Below are positions 1-11,711 of a DNA stretch of 64,000 bases, one piece after another; the stretch's first letter is position 1; each line of letters begins with the position of its first letter. A program made the translations under genes and the position numbers. The notes under the pieces are model-generated. The model was not told the DNA's origin. It saw only the letters and a list, made by a program, of their open reading frames with translations, and made no database searches. The stretch covers positions 32,001-96,000 of the forward strand of contig JBAXKC010000004.1 of the NCBI GenBank assembly GCA_037137535.1. The letters run 5' to 3'. This DNA comes from a bacterium. Lineage in GTDB: Bacteria; Cyanobacteriota; Vampirovibrionia; Gastranaerophilales; JBAXKC01.

Positions 1-2427
1 TTGCACAACTCTATGCAAGAACTCTACATGTCCATCTTTTTCTGTTACTAAAATTTTATAATTTTCGATTTGCTTATATTTTTCATGCATGACATTAAGC
101 TCGTGGTAATGAGTTGCAAAAATTGTTCTTGCTCCAATATTCTCGGTTATATGCTCAGATACACTCCAAGCAATTGCAACACCATCATAAGTGCTTGTTC
201 CACGACCTATTTCATCTAAAATAATAAAACTTCTTTCTGTTGCAGAATTTAAAATCAACGCTGTTTCATTCATCTCAACCATAAAAGTAGATTGTCCCGT
301 GGAAAGATCATCAACTGCACCTACACGAGTAAAAATTTTATCTACAATCCCTATTTTAGCTCTTTTTGCTGGAACAAAACTTCCTATTTGCGCAAGAATA
401 ACGATTAAAGCATTTTGTCTCATATATGTAGACTTACCAGACATATTCGGCCCTGTAAGAATCATAAATTGAGCAGGTTTTATTTCTTCAATCTCAGCAG
501 GTATTTCATACTTATCACCTGAAAGATGAATACTGTTCGGAGTATATTCTCCCATTGAAACAAGTTGCTCAATAACAGGATGACGGCCGTCTTCAACTAT
601 CAAATCAAGCGAATTATTAATTTCAGGCATCACATAATCATATTCCTTTGCAACATTAGCAAAAGAAAGTAAAACATCAAGCACGGCAATAGATTTTGCA
701 ATTTGCATAAGTTTAGGGACAAACTCATTTGCATATTCTCTTAAATTTATGAAAATATTATATTCTAAATCTGTAGATTTGCTCTCAGAAGATAATACCT
801 CTGTTTCATGCTGTTTAAGCTCTTGTGTAATATACCTTTCAGCATTTGTAAGAGTTTGTTTTCTAATATATCTATCAGGAACAAGGTTTATATTAGAATT
901 TGTAATTTCTATAAAATAACCAAACGTCCTACTAAAGCCGATTTTTAAGGTTTTAATTCCTGACTTTTCACGCTCCTCGATTTCAAATCGTTCAAGCCAT
1001 TCTTTTCCGCCATTTAACAGACCTCTGTAATAATCTAGGTCTTTACTTACTCCAGCTTTAATTATATTTCCATCTTTTAAGGAAATTGGAGTCGTTTCAA
1101 GTATGGTTTGATCAATAATATTTGCAAATTGAACAAGCTCTTCCTGTATTTCAGAAAAGACCGAAAGATAAGGAGAACGTGCATTATAAAGCAGTCTGCT
1201 GAATTCGGGTAAAACAAACAACGATTGTTTAAGCGACAGAAAATCTCTAGGATTTGCCGAATTATTACTGATTTTCATAGAAAGACGTTCAATATCATAA
1301 ACTTTTTTCAGTAAAGAAGTTAATTCACGTCTTGTTTCGCTATCCTGTAAAAGCTCATCAACGGTTGTATATCTCGAACTAATTTCTTCAATATCTTTTA
1401 ATGGCTGTAATACCCATTTCCTAAGCAATCTAGCACCCATATTAGTACAAGTTTTATCAATTGCCCATAAGAGAGAACCTTTAAAATTATTATCTCTAAC
1501 TGTTTGAACAAGCTCAAGATTTCTTTGAGTGGTTGAATCCATGGAAACAAACTCATTAAGCGAATAAGATGCAATAACATCAAATTTAGGCATATTCTCA
1601 AGCTGGGTTTCTTCAAGATATTCAAGAATAGCTCCCGCCGCTCTCACTCCAATTTGATTATCCGCCAGCCCAAAAGATTCAAGTGAACCAATTTTAAAAT
1701 AGGTTTTAATCTGAATTACTGCATTATCAAACTCAAAAGAATTAGCTTTTCTTTTTGTGCAACAATAATTTTTCTTAATAACATCGGGTAAATCAACCGT
1801 TTCCTCCGGAACTACCTGAAAAGATTGGATTTCTAATTTTTTAATTGGAGCAATTATTTCAGACGGAGAAATTCTGTTAAGCTCCGCAATAAGTTCAATA
1901 AGACTTGCTCTTGTTACCCTGAATTCGCCTGTTGAAACATCAATATAAGCTAATCCGTAATAATCACTGTTTTTTTCTTTAATTAAAGCAGCAAGATAAT
2001 TGTTTTTATTAGAATCCAATAGAGCACTTTCTGTAAGAGTTCCTGCTGTAATAGTTTTAACTACTTTTCTTTCTACTAATCCTTTTGATTCAGAAGGATC
2101 TTCGACTTGTTCACAAATAGCAACTTTATGTCCTTTTTGCAGTAGTCTTTGAATATAATTATCAGACGATTTAACAGGGACGCCCGCCATGGCTATTCTG
2201 CCAATTCTGCCTGCTTCACGGCTTGTTAAAGTAATCTCAAGATCCCTTGAAGCAACAATTGCATCCTCAAGAAAAGTTTCATAAAAATCGCCCATTCTAT
2301 AAAATAGAATAACATCACGATAGTTCTTTTTTATTTCCATAAATTGCCTGAGCATAGGCGTAGCGTCATCAATATTAATATTGAGACTCGTATGATTATA
2401 AATATCTTCTCTTAAATTATCTTGCAT
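1..2427 (-). CDS. mutS: DNA mismatch repair protein MutS (3' end runs off the window)
   Basis: Manual minus-strand translation from ATG 2427 gives MQDNL...TPMLRQFMEIKK...LFYRMGDFYETF. Walker A TGPNMSGKST, SGDMVEM-like STFMVEM and ILDEIGRGTST lie near the window start. Absent from the ORF track because it is open-ended. Confidence 0.97.
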   Translation of the reverse strand, partial: MQDNLREDIYNHTSLNINIDDATPMLRQFMEIKKNYRDVILFYRMGDFYETFLEDAIVASRDLEITLTSREAGRIGRIAMAGVPVKSSDNYIQRLLQKGHKVAICEQVEDPSESKGLVERKVVKTITAGTLTESALLDSNKNNYLAALIKEKNSDYYGLAYIDVSTGEFRVTRASLIELIAELNRISPSEIIAPIKKLEIQSFQVVPEETVDLPDVIKKNYCCTKRKANSFEFDNAVIQIKTYFKIGSLESFGLADNQIGVRAAGAILEYLEETQLENMPKFDVIASYSLNEFVSMDSTTQRNLELVQTVRDNNFKGSLLWAIDKTCTNMGARLLRKWVLQPLKDIEEISSRYTTVDELLQDSETRRELTSLLKKVYDIERLSMKISNNSANPRDFLSLKQSLFVLPEFSRLLYNARSPYLSVFSEIQEELVQFANIIDQTILETTPISLKDGNIIKAGVSKDLDYYRGLLNGGKEWLERFEIEEREKSGIKTLKIGFSRTFGYFIEITNSNINLVPDRYIRKQTLTNAERYITQELKQHETEVLSSESKSTDLEYNIFINLREYANEFVPKLMQIAKSIAVLDVLLSFANVAKEYDYVMPEINNSLDLIVEDGRHPVIEQLVSMGEYTPNSIHLSGDKYEIPAEIEEIKPAQFMILTGPNMSGKSTYMRQNALIVILAQIGSFVPAKRAKIGIVDKIFTRVGAVDDLSTGQSTFMVEMNETALILNSATERSFIILDEIGRGTSTYDGVAIAWSVSEHITENIGARTIFATHYHELNVMHEKYKQIENYKILVTEKDGHVEFLHRVVQ

Positions 2428-2531
2428 TTTAAAAAGTTTATTTTTATTTTAATTTCTGTTACATATACTATTAAGACATATTATCACGATAAGACCTGTT
2501 TGGAAATTAATAATAAGATTTTTAAACATAA

Positions 2532-3182
2532 ATGGAGTTAAACTCACAAATGAAAGGCTGCTTTTTTAGCATAATAAAACTCATATTTTCTATAGCAATA
2601 GGCTTTTTTGCTGTTTTATTCTTTGTTTTTGGCGGTTTTGACTATGTAAAAGGATTATTCTCTCCAAATCAATACATAAATAATTCAACAGAGATGAATA
2701 AGGCAATGAAAATAGCTGATTTTTCTAAAATAAGTAAAGATTTTCAGATAGTAAAAACAGTAGATATGATTGGTGCAAATGCTGTTATTGCAAATTATAA
2801 ACCTACAGGTCAAAAAATAGGCTTTATTAATACAGGATTGCTTTTAAATCTGACTAAAAATGACCTGAAATCAGCAACAATAGAACAACAGCTGACAAAT
2901 ATAGGGAAAAGCTATGAGAATAATGTTATAAAATTAGAAAAACTCGCAGTTACACATAAAGGATCATTTAATGGATTAAATCAACAAATCCCTTATGTGA
3001 AAGTTGCAATGAAAGTAAAATTACCTGCAGGCTTAGACTTATCACAAAATACAGAAGGTATAATAGGAATAGCAACCAGCCCAAAAGGGCAAAACAATAT
3101 TATATTAGCTATAAACAAATATGGGCAATATAATCAGGCAATAACAGAAAAATTTACACATGAATTAAAATACAATAAATAG
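2532..3182 (+). CDS. Hypothetical membrane-anchored protein
   Basis: 216-aa ORF with an N-terminal hydrophobic helix; no family recognised. Confidence 0.75.
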   Translation: MELNSQMKGCFFSIIKLIFSIAIGFFAVLFFVFGGFDYVKGLFSPNQYINNSTEMNKAMKIADFSKISKDFQIVKTVDMIGANAVIANYKPTGQKIGFINTGLLLNLTKNDLKSATIEQQLTNIGKSYENNVIKLEKLAVTHKGSFNGLNQQIPYVKVAMKVKLPAGLDLSQNTEGIIGIATSPKGQNNIILAINKYGQYNQAITEKFTHELKYNK

Positions 3183-3281
3183 AGGAAATTTTTATAATAT
3201 TAGCGAACTGAACAAATAAATGCTTGAAATTTAAGTAAACAACAGTAATCATGAATAAGAACAGTTTAAGGAGAAGAAACA

Positions 3282-4238
3282 ATAATTTCATCTGATACAA
3301 AAAATAATACCTTTAATCACTACCCTGTAATGCTCCCCGAGGCCTTAGAATACCTAAACCTAAGAAGTGGCCTGATTTATGCTGATGGAACACTTGGAGG
3401 AGCAGGACATAGTAGCGAAATAGTAAAAAGAATTTTGCCTGACGGCAGATTAATTGGCTTTGACTTAGACTTAGAAGCCATAGCCTATGCAACACAAAAA
3501 CTTGAACAATATAAAAATAATGTAACAATTGTAAATGAAAATTATTGTAACATTCAAAACACCTTAAATAATCTTAATATAACAGAAGTAACAGGAGGTG
3601 TATTATTAGACCTAGGAGCTTCATATCACCAGCTTACAAAGGGTGAGAGAGGTTTTTCATTTAGCAAAGATGCACCTTTAGATATGAGGTTTTCTCAAAA
3701 AGCTGAATTTTCAGCCTATGACGTAATAAATTCATATCCAGAATCAGAATTGGTAAGGATTTTCAGCGAATATGGAGAAGAACGTTACTCAAAACGAATA
3801 GCAAAAAAAATCATTGATAAACGTAGAATTTCAGCCATAAAAACGACTAAAGAACTAGCCAGCACAGTCATTGAAGCAACACCTAGCTATAATAGCAAAA
3901 TACATCCTGCAACCAGAGTCTTTCAAGCTATCAGAATCGAAGTAAACAAAGAGTTTGAGAATATCGAAAAAGCCATAAAACAGACTATTCCAATATTAGC
4001 AAAAGATGCAACTTTTGTAATAATAAGTTTTCATTCACTTGAAGACAGACTTGTCAAAAACCTATTTAAGTATTACAGTTCTAAATGTAACTGTTCAAAA
4101 GAACAATTGATTTGCAAATGTCCACCGCCATCACTTGAAGTGATAACTAGAAAACCAATTCAAGCAAGTGACAATGAAACAAAGCAAAATCCACCTTCAA
4201 GAAGCGCAAAACTCAGGGCAGCAAGAAAAATTAACTAA
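3282..4238 (+). CDS. rsmH: 16S rRNA m4C1402 methyltransferase RsmH (start uncertain: ATA 3282, ATT 3285 or ATG 3330)
   Basis: Motifs DGTLGGAGHS, LDLGAS, PLDMR, HPATRVFQAIRIEVN, ISFHSLEDR and SRSAKLR. The conserved HYPVM lies upstream of the ORF-track ATG. Confidence 0.95.
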   Translation: MISSDTKNNTFNHYPVMLPEALEYLNLRSGLIYADGTLGGAGHSSEIVKRILPDGRLIGFDLDLEAIAYATQKLEQYKNNVTIVNENYCNIQNTLNNLNITEVTGGVLLDLGASYHQLTKGERGFSFSKDAPLDMRFSQKAEFSAYDVINSYPESELVRIFSEYGEERYSKRIAKKIIDKRRISAIKTTKELASTVIEATPSYNSKIHPATRVFQAIRIEVNKEFENIEKAIKQTIPILAKDATFVIISFHSLEDRLVKNLFKYYSSKCNCSKEQLICKCPPPSLEVITRKPIQASDNETKQNPPSRSAKLRAARKIN

Positions 4239-4253
4239 ATCGGAGTAGAATCG

Positions 4254-4688
4254 ATGGTTTCATCATTAAAAACAGCTCAAAATAAAAAAATAAAACAGAC
4301 ATATAGCCAAAATCCTATGATAAAAGGAGAATTTCCTTCTTATGAAAACAATCTTGGCGAATTATCAATACTAAATCTCAATAGAGTTCTTGGTGCTTCT
4401 CTTTTTATTGCGATTCTTGTTTCTATGGTGAGCTATTTCCTTGTTGTTGCACAAGAAAATTCAATTATAACTGTGCATAAAGACACAAATGAATTGAACA
4501 TGGAAAATATCGAGCTTCAAAATAAAGTTGAACAAGCTAAATCTTATTACAATATTAACTATAAAGTTTCAAAAGTAAATTTTCTTAAAAAACCGGACAA
4601 AATTATGGAAGTAAATGCTATAGCAAGCGTTCCTGAGAAGAAAAAAGCGATTGAAAGGTTAGAAGTCAAACCAGTTTCAGGTTTCTAA
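4254..4688 (+). CDS. FtsL-like cell division protein
   Basis: Single TM helix followed by a coiled coil, located between rsmH and ftsI (the ftsL position). Confidence 0.65.
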   Translation: MVSSLKTAQNKKIKQTYSQNPMIKGEFPSYENNLGELSILNLNRVLGASLFIAILVSMVSYFLVVAQENSIITVHKDTNELNMENIELQNKVEQAKSYYNINYKVSKVNFLKKPDKIMEVNAIASVPEKKKAIERLEVKPVSGF

Positions 4689-4689
4689 A

Positions 4690-6426
4690 ATGAATTTATT
4701 CAAACTCCGTCCTAAAAAATACACTTTTTCAGTTTTTGTTGTCAGAGCATTATTTCTATTATTTGCCGGCGCTATAATTATACAATTGGTTAAATTACAA
4801 GTATTTCAACATCATGAGTTAATGGACAAAGCTCAAAGATGGAGACAACCGCTTCATTCTTTTAACTTTCGCGGCGAAATCGTTGACCGAAAAGGAATAA
4901 GATTAGCCGCTGATAAAACATTGTATGATATTTATGCACACCCCTCATACTTTGAGAACACTCCTAAAAAAATGGCTGCAAAACTTGCACCGCTATTAAA
5001 AGTACCTGAAAGCGTTTTACTTGAAAAACTTGCTAAAACAGACGTTTCAACAATAACTCTTGCAAAAGATATCGACAGAGATACAGAATTACAAATATGC
5101 AAACTTAAATTAAAAGGACTTGATCCTGTAAAAAAAAGCGAAAGAGTATATCCTCAAGGAAATCTTGCTTCGCATATTTTAGGTTATGTTAATTTTGATG
5201 CTAACTTATTTGCAGGAGTAGAAAGCACCGCAAAAGACAAACTCCAGGCGACACCTAAAGTAAAGCCTATTGAATATGACGGAAGAGGCGGAGTTATTTA
5301 CGATACCTCTACTGATCCCGCAACAGCAACCCAACCCCTGACAGGAAAAAAGATAACTCTTACGATTGACTCTGAAATTCAACATATAGCTGAAACTGAA
5401 TTGGCTAAAATGGTGACTAAATCACATGCCAAAAGAGGAACAGTTATAGTAATGAATCCTAAAAATGGAGAAATCTTAGGATTTGCTGTTTTACCGACTT
5501 ATAATCCAAACCAATATAATAAAGTAAGTCAACAAGTAGTAAAAAACTGGGTTTTAAGTGATGTTTACCCTCCCGGATCAACCTTTAAAATACTGACTAT
5601 AGCCTGCGGATTAGAATCAGGAGCTATAAATGAATATGAAAAAATATTAGACACAGGAAAAATAAAAATTGACGGATGGCCGATACAAAACTATGACTAT
5701 GGGAAACATGGTGCACCCGGAATAATTGATTTAAAATATTTATTTGTACACAGTAGCAACGTAGCAAGTCTTAAAGTTGCATTAAAAATACCTAAAACAA
5801 CTTATTATAACTTACTAAAAAAGTTTGGAATGGGTCATACAACAGGTATCGACTTACCAGGCGAATCAAGAGGAATTATTCCTCCGCCTTCTGAATGGTC
5901 AAGATCTACACAAGCAACCATGGGATTTGGGTATAGCCTTGCATCAACACCAATACAAGTAGCAGCGGCAGTGGCCGCCATTGCAAATGGTGGGATATGG
6001 ACAACACCGCATGTTATTAAATACACGCCTGAAGAAGCCACAAAAAGAATTAAAACACGTCGTGTTATTTCAGAAATAACTGCACAAAAGCTAACTCATA
6101 TTCTTGCTCAAAGTATTGAAGCCTCAGATGCTAAAGCAGGCAAGATACCTAATTTTAATGTTGCGGGAAAAACAGGAACTTCAAGAAAACCTAATCCCAA
6201 TGGTCCAGGTTATATACCAAACTCAGTATTTACTTCATTTGTTGGATATTTCCCTGTCAAAGACCCTCAAGTGCTTATGATGGTAGTTGTTGATGACCCT
6301 AAAGGGGCTGAAGTATGGGGAAGTACAATTGCAGGCCCTATCTTTAACTCAATAGCAACTGAAGTTTGTAGAATTTTAAATCTTGAACCTGACGCACCGG
6401 GTAAATACACAAAGAAAGGGGAGTAA
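4690..6426 (+). CDS. ftsI: Class B penicillin-binding protein (FtsI/PBP3)
   Basis: N-terminal TM, RGEIVDR, PGSTFK (SxxK), SSN and KTGT motifs; dcw-cluster context. Confidence 0.9.
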   Translation: MNLFKLRPKKYTFSVFVVRALFLLFAGAIIIQLVKLQVFQHHELMDKAQRWRQPLHSFNFRGEIVDRKGIRLAADKTLYDIYAHPSYFENTPKKMAAKLAPLLKVPESVLLEKLAKTDVSTITLAKDIDRDTELQICKLKLKGLDPVKKSERVYPQGNLASHILGYVNFDANLFAGVESTAKDKLQATPKVKPIEYDGRGGVIYDTSTDPATATQPLTGKKITLTIDSEIQHIAETELAKMVTKSHAKRGTVIVMNPKNGEILGFAVLPTYNPNQYNKVSQQVVKNWVLSDVYPPGSTFKILTIACGLESGAINEYEKILDTGKIKIDGWPIQNYDYGKHGAPGIIDLKYLFVHSSNVASLKVALKIPKTTYYNLLKKFGMGHTTGIDLPGESRGIIPPPSEWSRSTQATMGFGYSLASTPIQVAAAVAAIANGGIWTTPHVIKYTPEEATKRIKTRRVISEITAQKLTHILAQSIEASDAKAGKIPNFNVAGKTGTSRKPNPNGPGYIPNSVFTSFVGYFPVKDPQVLMMVVVDDPKGAEVWGSTIAGPIFNSIATEVCRILNLEPDAPGKYTKKGE

Positions 6427-6427
6427 T

Positions 6428-7942
6428 TTGTTAAATTTAACTGATTTTATTGAATATATAAAACCTGAGAAACTGTTAAATGTTGCTAATCCTGAAAAAA
6501 TTGAAATAAAAGGAATCTCCTATAATTCTAAAACAGTTAGAGAAGGAGAAATCTTTGTTTGCCTTGTTGGAGAGAAAAGTGACGGTCATAATTTTGCTAA
6601 AATGGCAGAAGATAAAGGCGCATCAGCTATCATTGCTCAAAAATCTATCGAAACAGACCTACCTGTATTAATAGTTAAAAATACTCAAATTGCCCTATCA
6701 CAAGCTAGTAAAGTCTTTTACAACTTCCCCTCTTCAAAAATGCGAATTATAGGAGTAACAGGAACTAACGGCAAAACAACAGTCACTCATCTGATACAAA
6801 ATATTATTGAAAAAGCAGGAAAGCCTTGTGGTCTTATAGGAACTCTTGGTTATAGATATTCATCAAAAGATAGTTATATTTCAACAAACCATACAACTCC
6901 TCAAGCTCCCGAGCTTTTAAAAATGCTTGACGATATGCATTCTAACGGAACTGTTTATGCAGCGATGGAAGTCAGCTCTCATTCGCTGGAACAACACAGA
7001 GTTGGCGGATGTAGCTATATATCAGGAGTTTTAACCAATTTAACACAAGATCACCTTGATTATCACATAACAATGGATAACTATTTCAAAGCTAAAGCTA
7101 AATTATTTGAATCATTAGCAGAAACTAAAGCTGAAAATAAATATGCAGTAATAAATCTTGACGATGAAAGTGGTGAAAGGTTTGTTAGCTCTGTTCCTAA
7201 TGGAATTAAAATAATAACCTATTCAATCAAAGCTCAAGCTGATGTTAAAGCTTCTAACATAATATTTTCAACAACAGGATCAAGTTTTGACTGCATCACT
7301 CCTGTTGGCAATGCTAGAATCAATCTTAAAATGTCAGGAACATTCAGCGTTTATAACGCACTGGCTGCTCTTTGCACAGGTCTTTGTGAAGGAATTGCAC
7401 TTGATGTATGCATTAAAGCATTAGAAGAGACTAAAAGCGTTGCAGGTAGATTTGAAACCGTTATCACAACTCCATTAACAATAGTTGATTATGCACATAC
7501 TCCTGACGGACTTGAAAATGTTCTTAATGCGGCAAGAAAAATAGTGCCCGAAGGTGGGCAATTAATCTGTTTATTTGGTTGCGGCGGGGACAGGGATACG
7601 ACAAAACGTCCTAAAATGGGCAAAATAGCTGAAGATTTATCAGATAAAGTTATCATAACTTCTGATAACCCCAGAACAGAAGACCCACAACAAATTTTAA
7701 CGGATATATTAAGCGGAATAAAATCGTTAAACTCTGATAAAATAATGGTAGAGCCTGACAGAAAACTTGCGATTGAGCTAGCTATGAAAATAGCTAAGGA
7801 CAATGATATTATAATGATTGCAGGTAAAGGCCATGAAGATTACCAAATCTTAAAAGACAAGACAATACATTTTGATGATAGAGAAGAAGCGGCGTTAGCG
7901 TATGAAAAAATTAGAAAAAATATCGTGTCTGAAACTGTTTAA
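6428..7942 (+). CDS. murE: UDP-MurNAc-L-Ala-D-Glu:meso-DAP ligase MurE
   Basis: GVTGTNGKTT, MEVSSH, DYAHTPD, DNPR and AGKGHE motifs. Start placed at the TTG after GGGAG, just past the ftsI stop. Confidence 0.95.
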   Translation: MLNLTDFIEYIKPEKLLNVANPEKIEIKGISYNSKTVREGEIFVCLVGEKSDGHNFAKMAEDKGASAIIAQKSIETDLPVLIVKNTQIALSQASKVFYNFPSSKMRIIGVTGTNGKTTVTHLIQNIIEKAGKPCGLIGTLGYRYSSKDSYISTNHTTPQAPELLKMLDDMHSNGTVYAAMEVSSHSLEQHRVGGCSYISGVLTNLTQDHLDYHITMDNYFKAKAKLFESLAETKAENKYAVINLDDESGERFVSSVPNGIKIITYSIKAQADVKASNIIFSTTGSSFDCITPVGNARINLKMSGTFSVYNALAALCTGLCEGIALDVCIKALEETKSVAGRFETVITTPLTIVDYAHTPDGLENVLNAARKIVPEGGQLICLFGCGGDRDTTKRPKMGKIAEDLSDKVIITSDNPRTEDPQQILTDILSGIKSLNSDKIMVEPDRKLAIELAMKIAKDNDIIMIAGKGHEDYQILKDKTIHFDDREEAALAYEKIRKNIVSETV

Positions 7943-8537
7943 ACAGGCCCTTGCATCCTTTTATATCGGACTATTTATTTGTAATAGCTGTTTAGCCCAA
8001 GAATCAATAAAAGGAATTAAACTCTATGCCCATAATGCAGATAAGGGACTTGTTTCAACAGAGATTGACTCAAGAATTACTAAAAAATATAACGTAGTTC
8101 AATTAGAAGTTCAAAACAAGACAAATAATTTAGTTTATTTGCCGTCAACTGCATACTTTACAACTACAAACGGAGAAAAACATTCAATAGATCAACCTCA
8201 AGTTGTATACAAAAAGGTTAAAAAGCACAATTTGAGAAAAGCAACACTTATATTTGCTCCTATGACAATTTTGTCGTTTGGAATGCTTATTATACCTGCT
8301 ATGGCTCTATCTAGCGTTGCTTATGTATGCGGTGGAGATGATAACAAAAAAATTCAAGCAACCATTCAAAAAAGCACTTACAAGGCATTAGCCATTCCCG
8401 ATAAAAACACCTATCAAGTATATTTTTTAATTCCTAAAAAATATTCAAATCCTGAAAAAATCATTCTTGAAAATATAACAACTGAAAATACTGAACCTTT
8501 TAATCTGGAAACAACTATTGAACAAGAGGGTATTTAA
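7902..8537 (+). CDS. Hypothetical exported/membrane protein
   Basis: Signal-peptide-like N-terminus and an internal hydrophobic segment; overlaps the murE end. Confidence 0.7.
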   Translation: MKKLEKISCLKLFKQALASFYIGLFICNSCLAQESIKGIKLYAHNADKGLVSTEIDSRITKKYNVVQLEVQNKTNNLVYLPSTAYFTTTNGEKHSIDQPQVVYKKVKKHNLRKATLIFAPMTILSFGMLIIPAMALSSVAYVCGGDDNKKIQATIQKSTYKALAIPDKNTYQVYFLIPKKYSNPEKIILENITTENTEPFNLETTIEQEGI

Positions 8538-8998
8538 TTTTGCAGTTTTAGTTTATTTATTAAATTCACAAGTAGTCATGGCTGAAGAAGTATTATTAGA
8601 AACAGGGACAAGAATTACACTAAGATTAACCAATCCTGTTGATGAAGATATAAAAGTCGAGTATATTACTGTTATAAAAGAAGCTTCACCTACTTATGGA
8701 CTTGTAAATGAAGCTCTACCTGCATGATGCTGAGGTATATTTCTATAAGTTTAGATTATGTAAAAGCCCTTAACGGAAAGAAAATAGCCTTAACAAATAC
8801 TTATTCCAAAAAGGCATAGATAAAAGAGTTACGGAAATAGTTCCAAGTTTTATATGTCCTGTCTTTCTTTTAATAAAAGTAACTGATGCAAAATTACCCA
8901 AAGGATATAAAGTCATTGTGAGAATTGATCGTGATGTGTTCTTAGATATTGCCGAGAACATTATTCTTCCTGTAAAACAAGTCAAGACTTCGTTTTAG
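8518..8998 (+). pseudogene. Probable degraded gene for an exported protein
   Basis: A 69-aa ORF with a signal peptide stops at 8727. Protein-like sequence continues in other frames (SISLDYVKALNGKKIAL..., then GIDKRVTEIVPSFICPVFLLIK...LPKG...SF* ending 8998). Confidence 0.55.
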
Positions 8999-9100
8999 TT
9001 CACCCTATTATAAACTTATAGCCCGAACTCTTTGCAAATCTAATTTTTTTGAACGAAAAATTTTACTACTACTGGATAAAAGAAAAATTTAATCATATAA

Positions 9101-10576
<1,476 letters not shown>

Positions 10577-10579
10577 TCT

Positions 10580-10984
10580 ATGGCTGAATTAACCGTAAAA
10601 ATAATAACTCCTGAAAAAGTTATTTATGAAGATACTGCTTCAGCAGTTTATGCTAAATCGGCAGAAGGTGAATTCGGTGTTCTAAAAGGGCATATTTCCT
10701 ACATGACGGCTTTAGATGTTGGTGTTGCCAAAATCGAAAAAGGCAAAGAAGTAGAATATGTTGCAGTAATGGGTGGAGTATTTCAAGTAGCCGATGATCA
10801 TATTACTATTCTGTCTGATAAAGCAGAACTAGGAGAAGATATTGACGTTACAAGAGCTAAATCTGCTAAAGAACGTGCCGAAGCAAGACTAAAAAGTGCA
10901 GAAGGTACAGATATAGATCGTGCTCAATTTGCATTAATTAAGGCTTTAACCAGAATTAAAGCCGCTTCTCGCCACGGAGCATAA
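10580..10984 (+). CDS. atpC: F0F1 ATP synthase subunit epsilon
   Basis: ITPE...GEFGVLKGH and a C-terminal helical hairpin; follows atpD. Confidence 0.97.
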   Translation: MAELTVKIITPEKVIYEDTASAVYAKSAEGEFGVLKGHISYMTALDVGVAKIEKGKEVEYVAVMGGVFQVADDHITILSDKAELGEDIDVTRAKSAKERAEARLKSAEGTDIDRAQFALIKALTRIKAASRHGA

Positions 10985-10986
10985 TT

Positions 10987-11709
10987 ATGGAATTAAACAT
11001 TGCACACCTTTATCCTGAACTGTTAAACATCTATGGAGACAAAGGAAATGTCCTTGCTATCTCTAAAAGATGTGAATGGAGAGGGATAAAGGTCAATGTT
11101 TTTGACATAAATATAGGCGATAAAATTGACCCCGATTTTTTCGACTTTTATTTTATAGGCGGTGGTCAGGACAAACAACAATTAATGATTGCCGATGAAC
11201 TTCAAAGGCAAAAAGAATTTCTTACAGCCGCAAGAGATAACATGGCTGTATTTTTAGCAATTTGCGGAGGATATCAGCTCTTTGGGCATTACTACCGTCC
11301 GCATAATGCAGAAGATATAAAAGGCATAAGCATTATTGATGCATACACAATAGCAGGAAACACAAGATTTATCGGTAATGTTACCGTTGAAACAGATTTC
11401 CTGAGTCCAAACACACTTGTAGGTTTTGAAAATCACAGCGGATTAACCTATATAGAGGGCGACACAAAACCGCTAGGCAGAATTAAAACAGGCAACGGAA
11501 ACAACGGGCAAGACAAAACCGAAGGAGCTGTTTATAAAAACATCTTCGGAACTTATCTTCATGGCTCGTTATTACCTAAAAATCCTCACTTTACGGATTA
11601 TTTAATAAAATTATCACTTCAAAGACGTTATGATAATGTAAAATTAACTGCTTTAGACGATGAGCTTGAATTATTGGCTCATACTAGAGGTATTGGACGT
11701 AAGTATTGA
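10987..11709 (+). CDS. gatD: CobB/CobQ-like type 1 glutamine amidotransferase (GatD-like)
   Basis: LNIYGDKGN, GGGQD, ICGGYQ, GFENHSG and TYLHGSLLPKNP motifs. Confidence 0.85.
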   Translation: MELNIAHLYPELLNIYGDKGNVLAISKRCEWRGIKVNVFDINIGDKIDPDFFDFYFIGGGQDKQQLMIADELQRQKEFLTAARDNMAVFLAICGGYQLFGHYYRPHNAEDIKGISIIDAYTIAGNTRFIGNVTVETDFLSPNTLVGFENHSGLTYIEGDTKPLGRIKTGNGNNGQDKTEGAVYKNIFGTYLHGSLLPKNPHFTDYLIKLSLQRRYDNVKLTALDDELELLAHTRGIGRKY

Positions 11710-11711
11710 TT

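Noticed and set aside
191-1625. Short ORFs 191-472 (+) and 1398-1625 (-)
   Set aside because: Shadow ORFs within mutS.
6383-6427. ORF-track start of murE at 6383 (likewise 15177, 16940 and 52634 for other genes)
   Set aside because: Downstream starts fit RBS position or family N-termini better.
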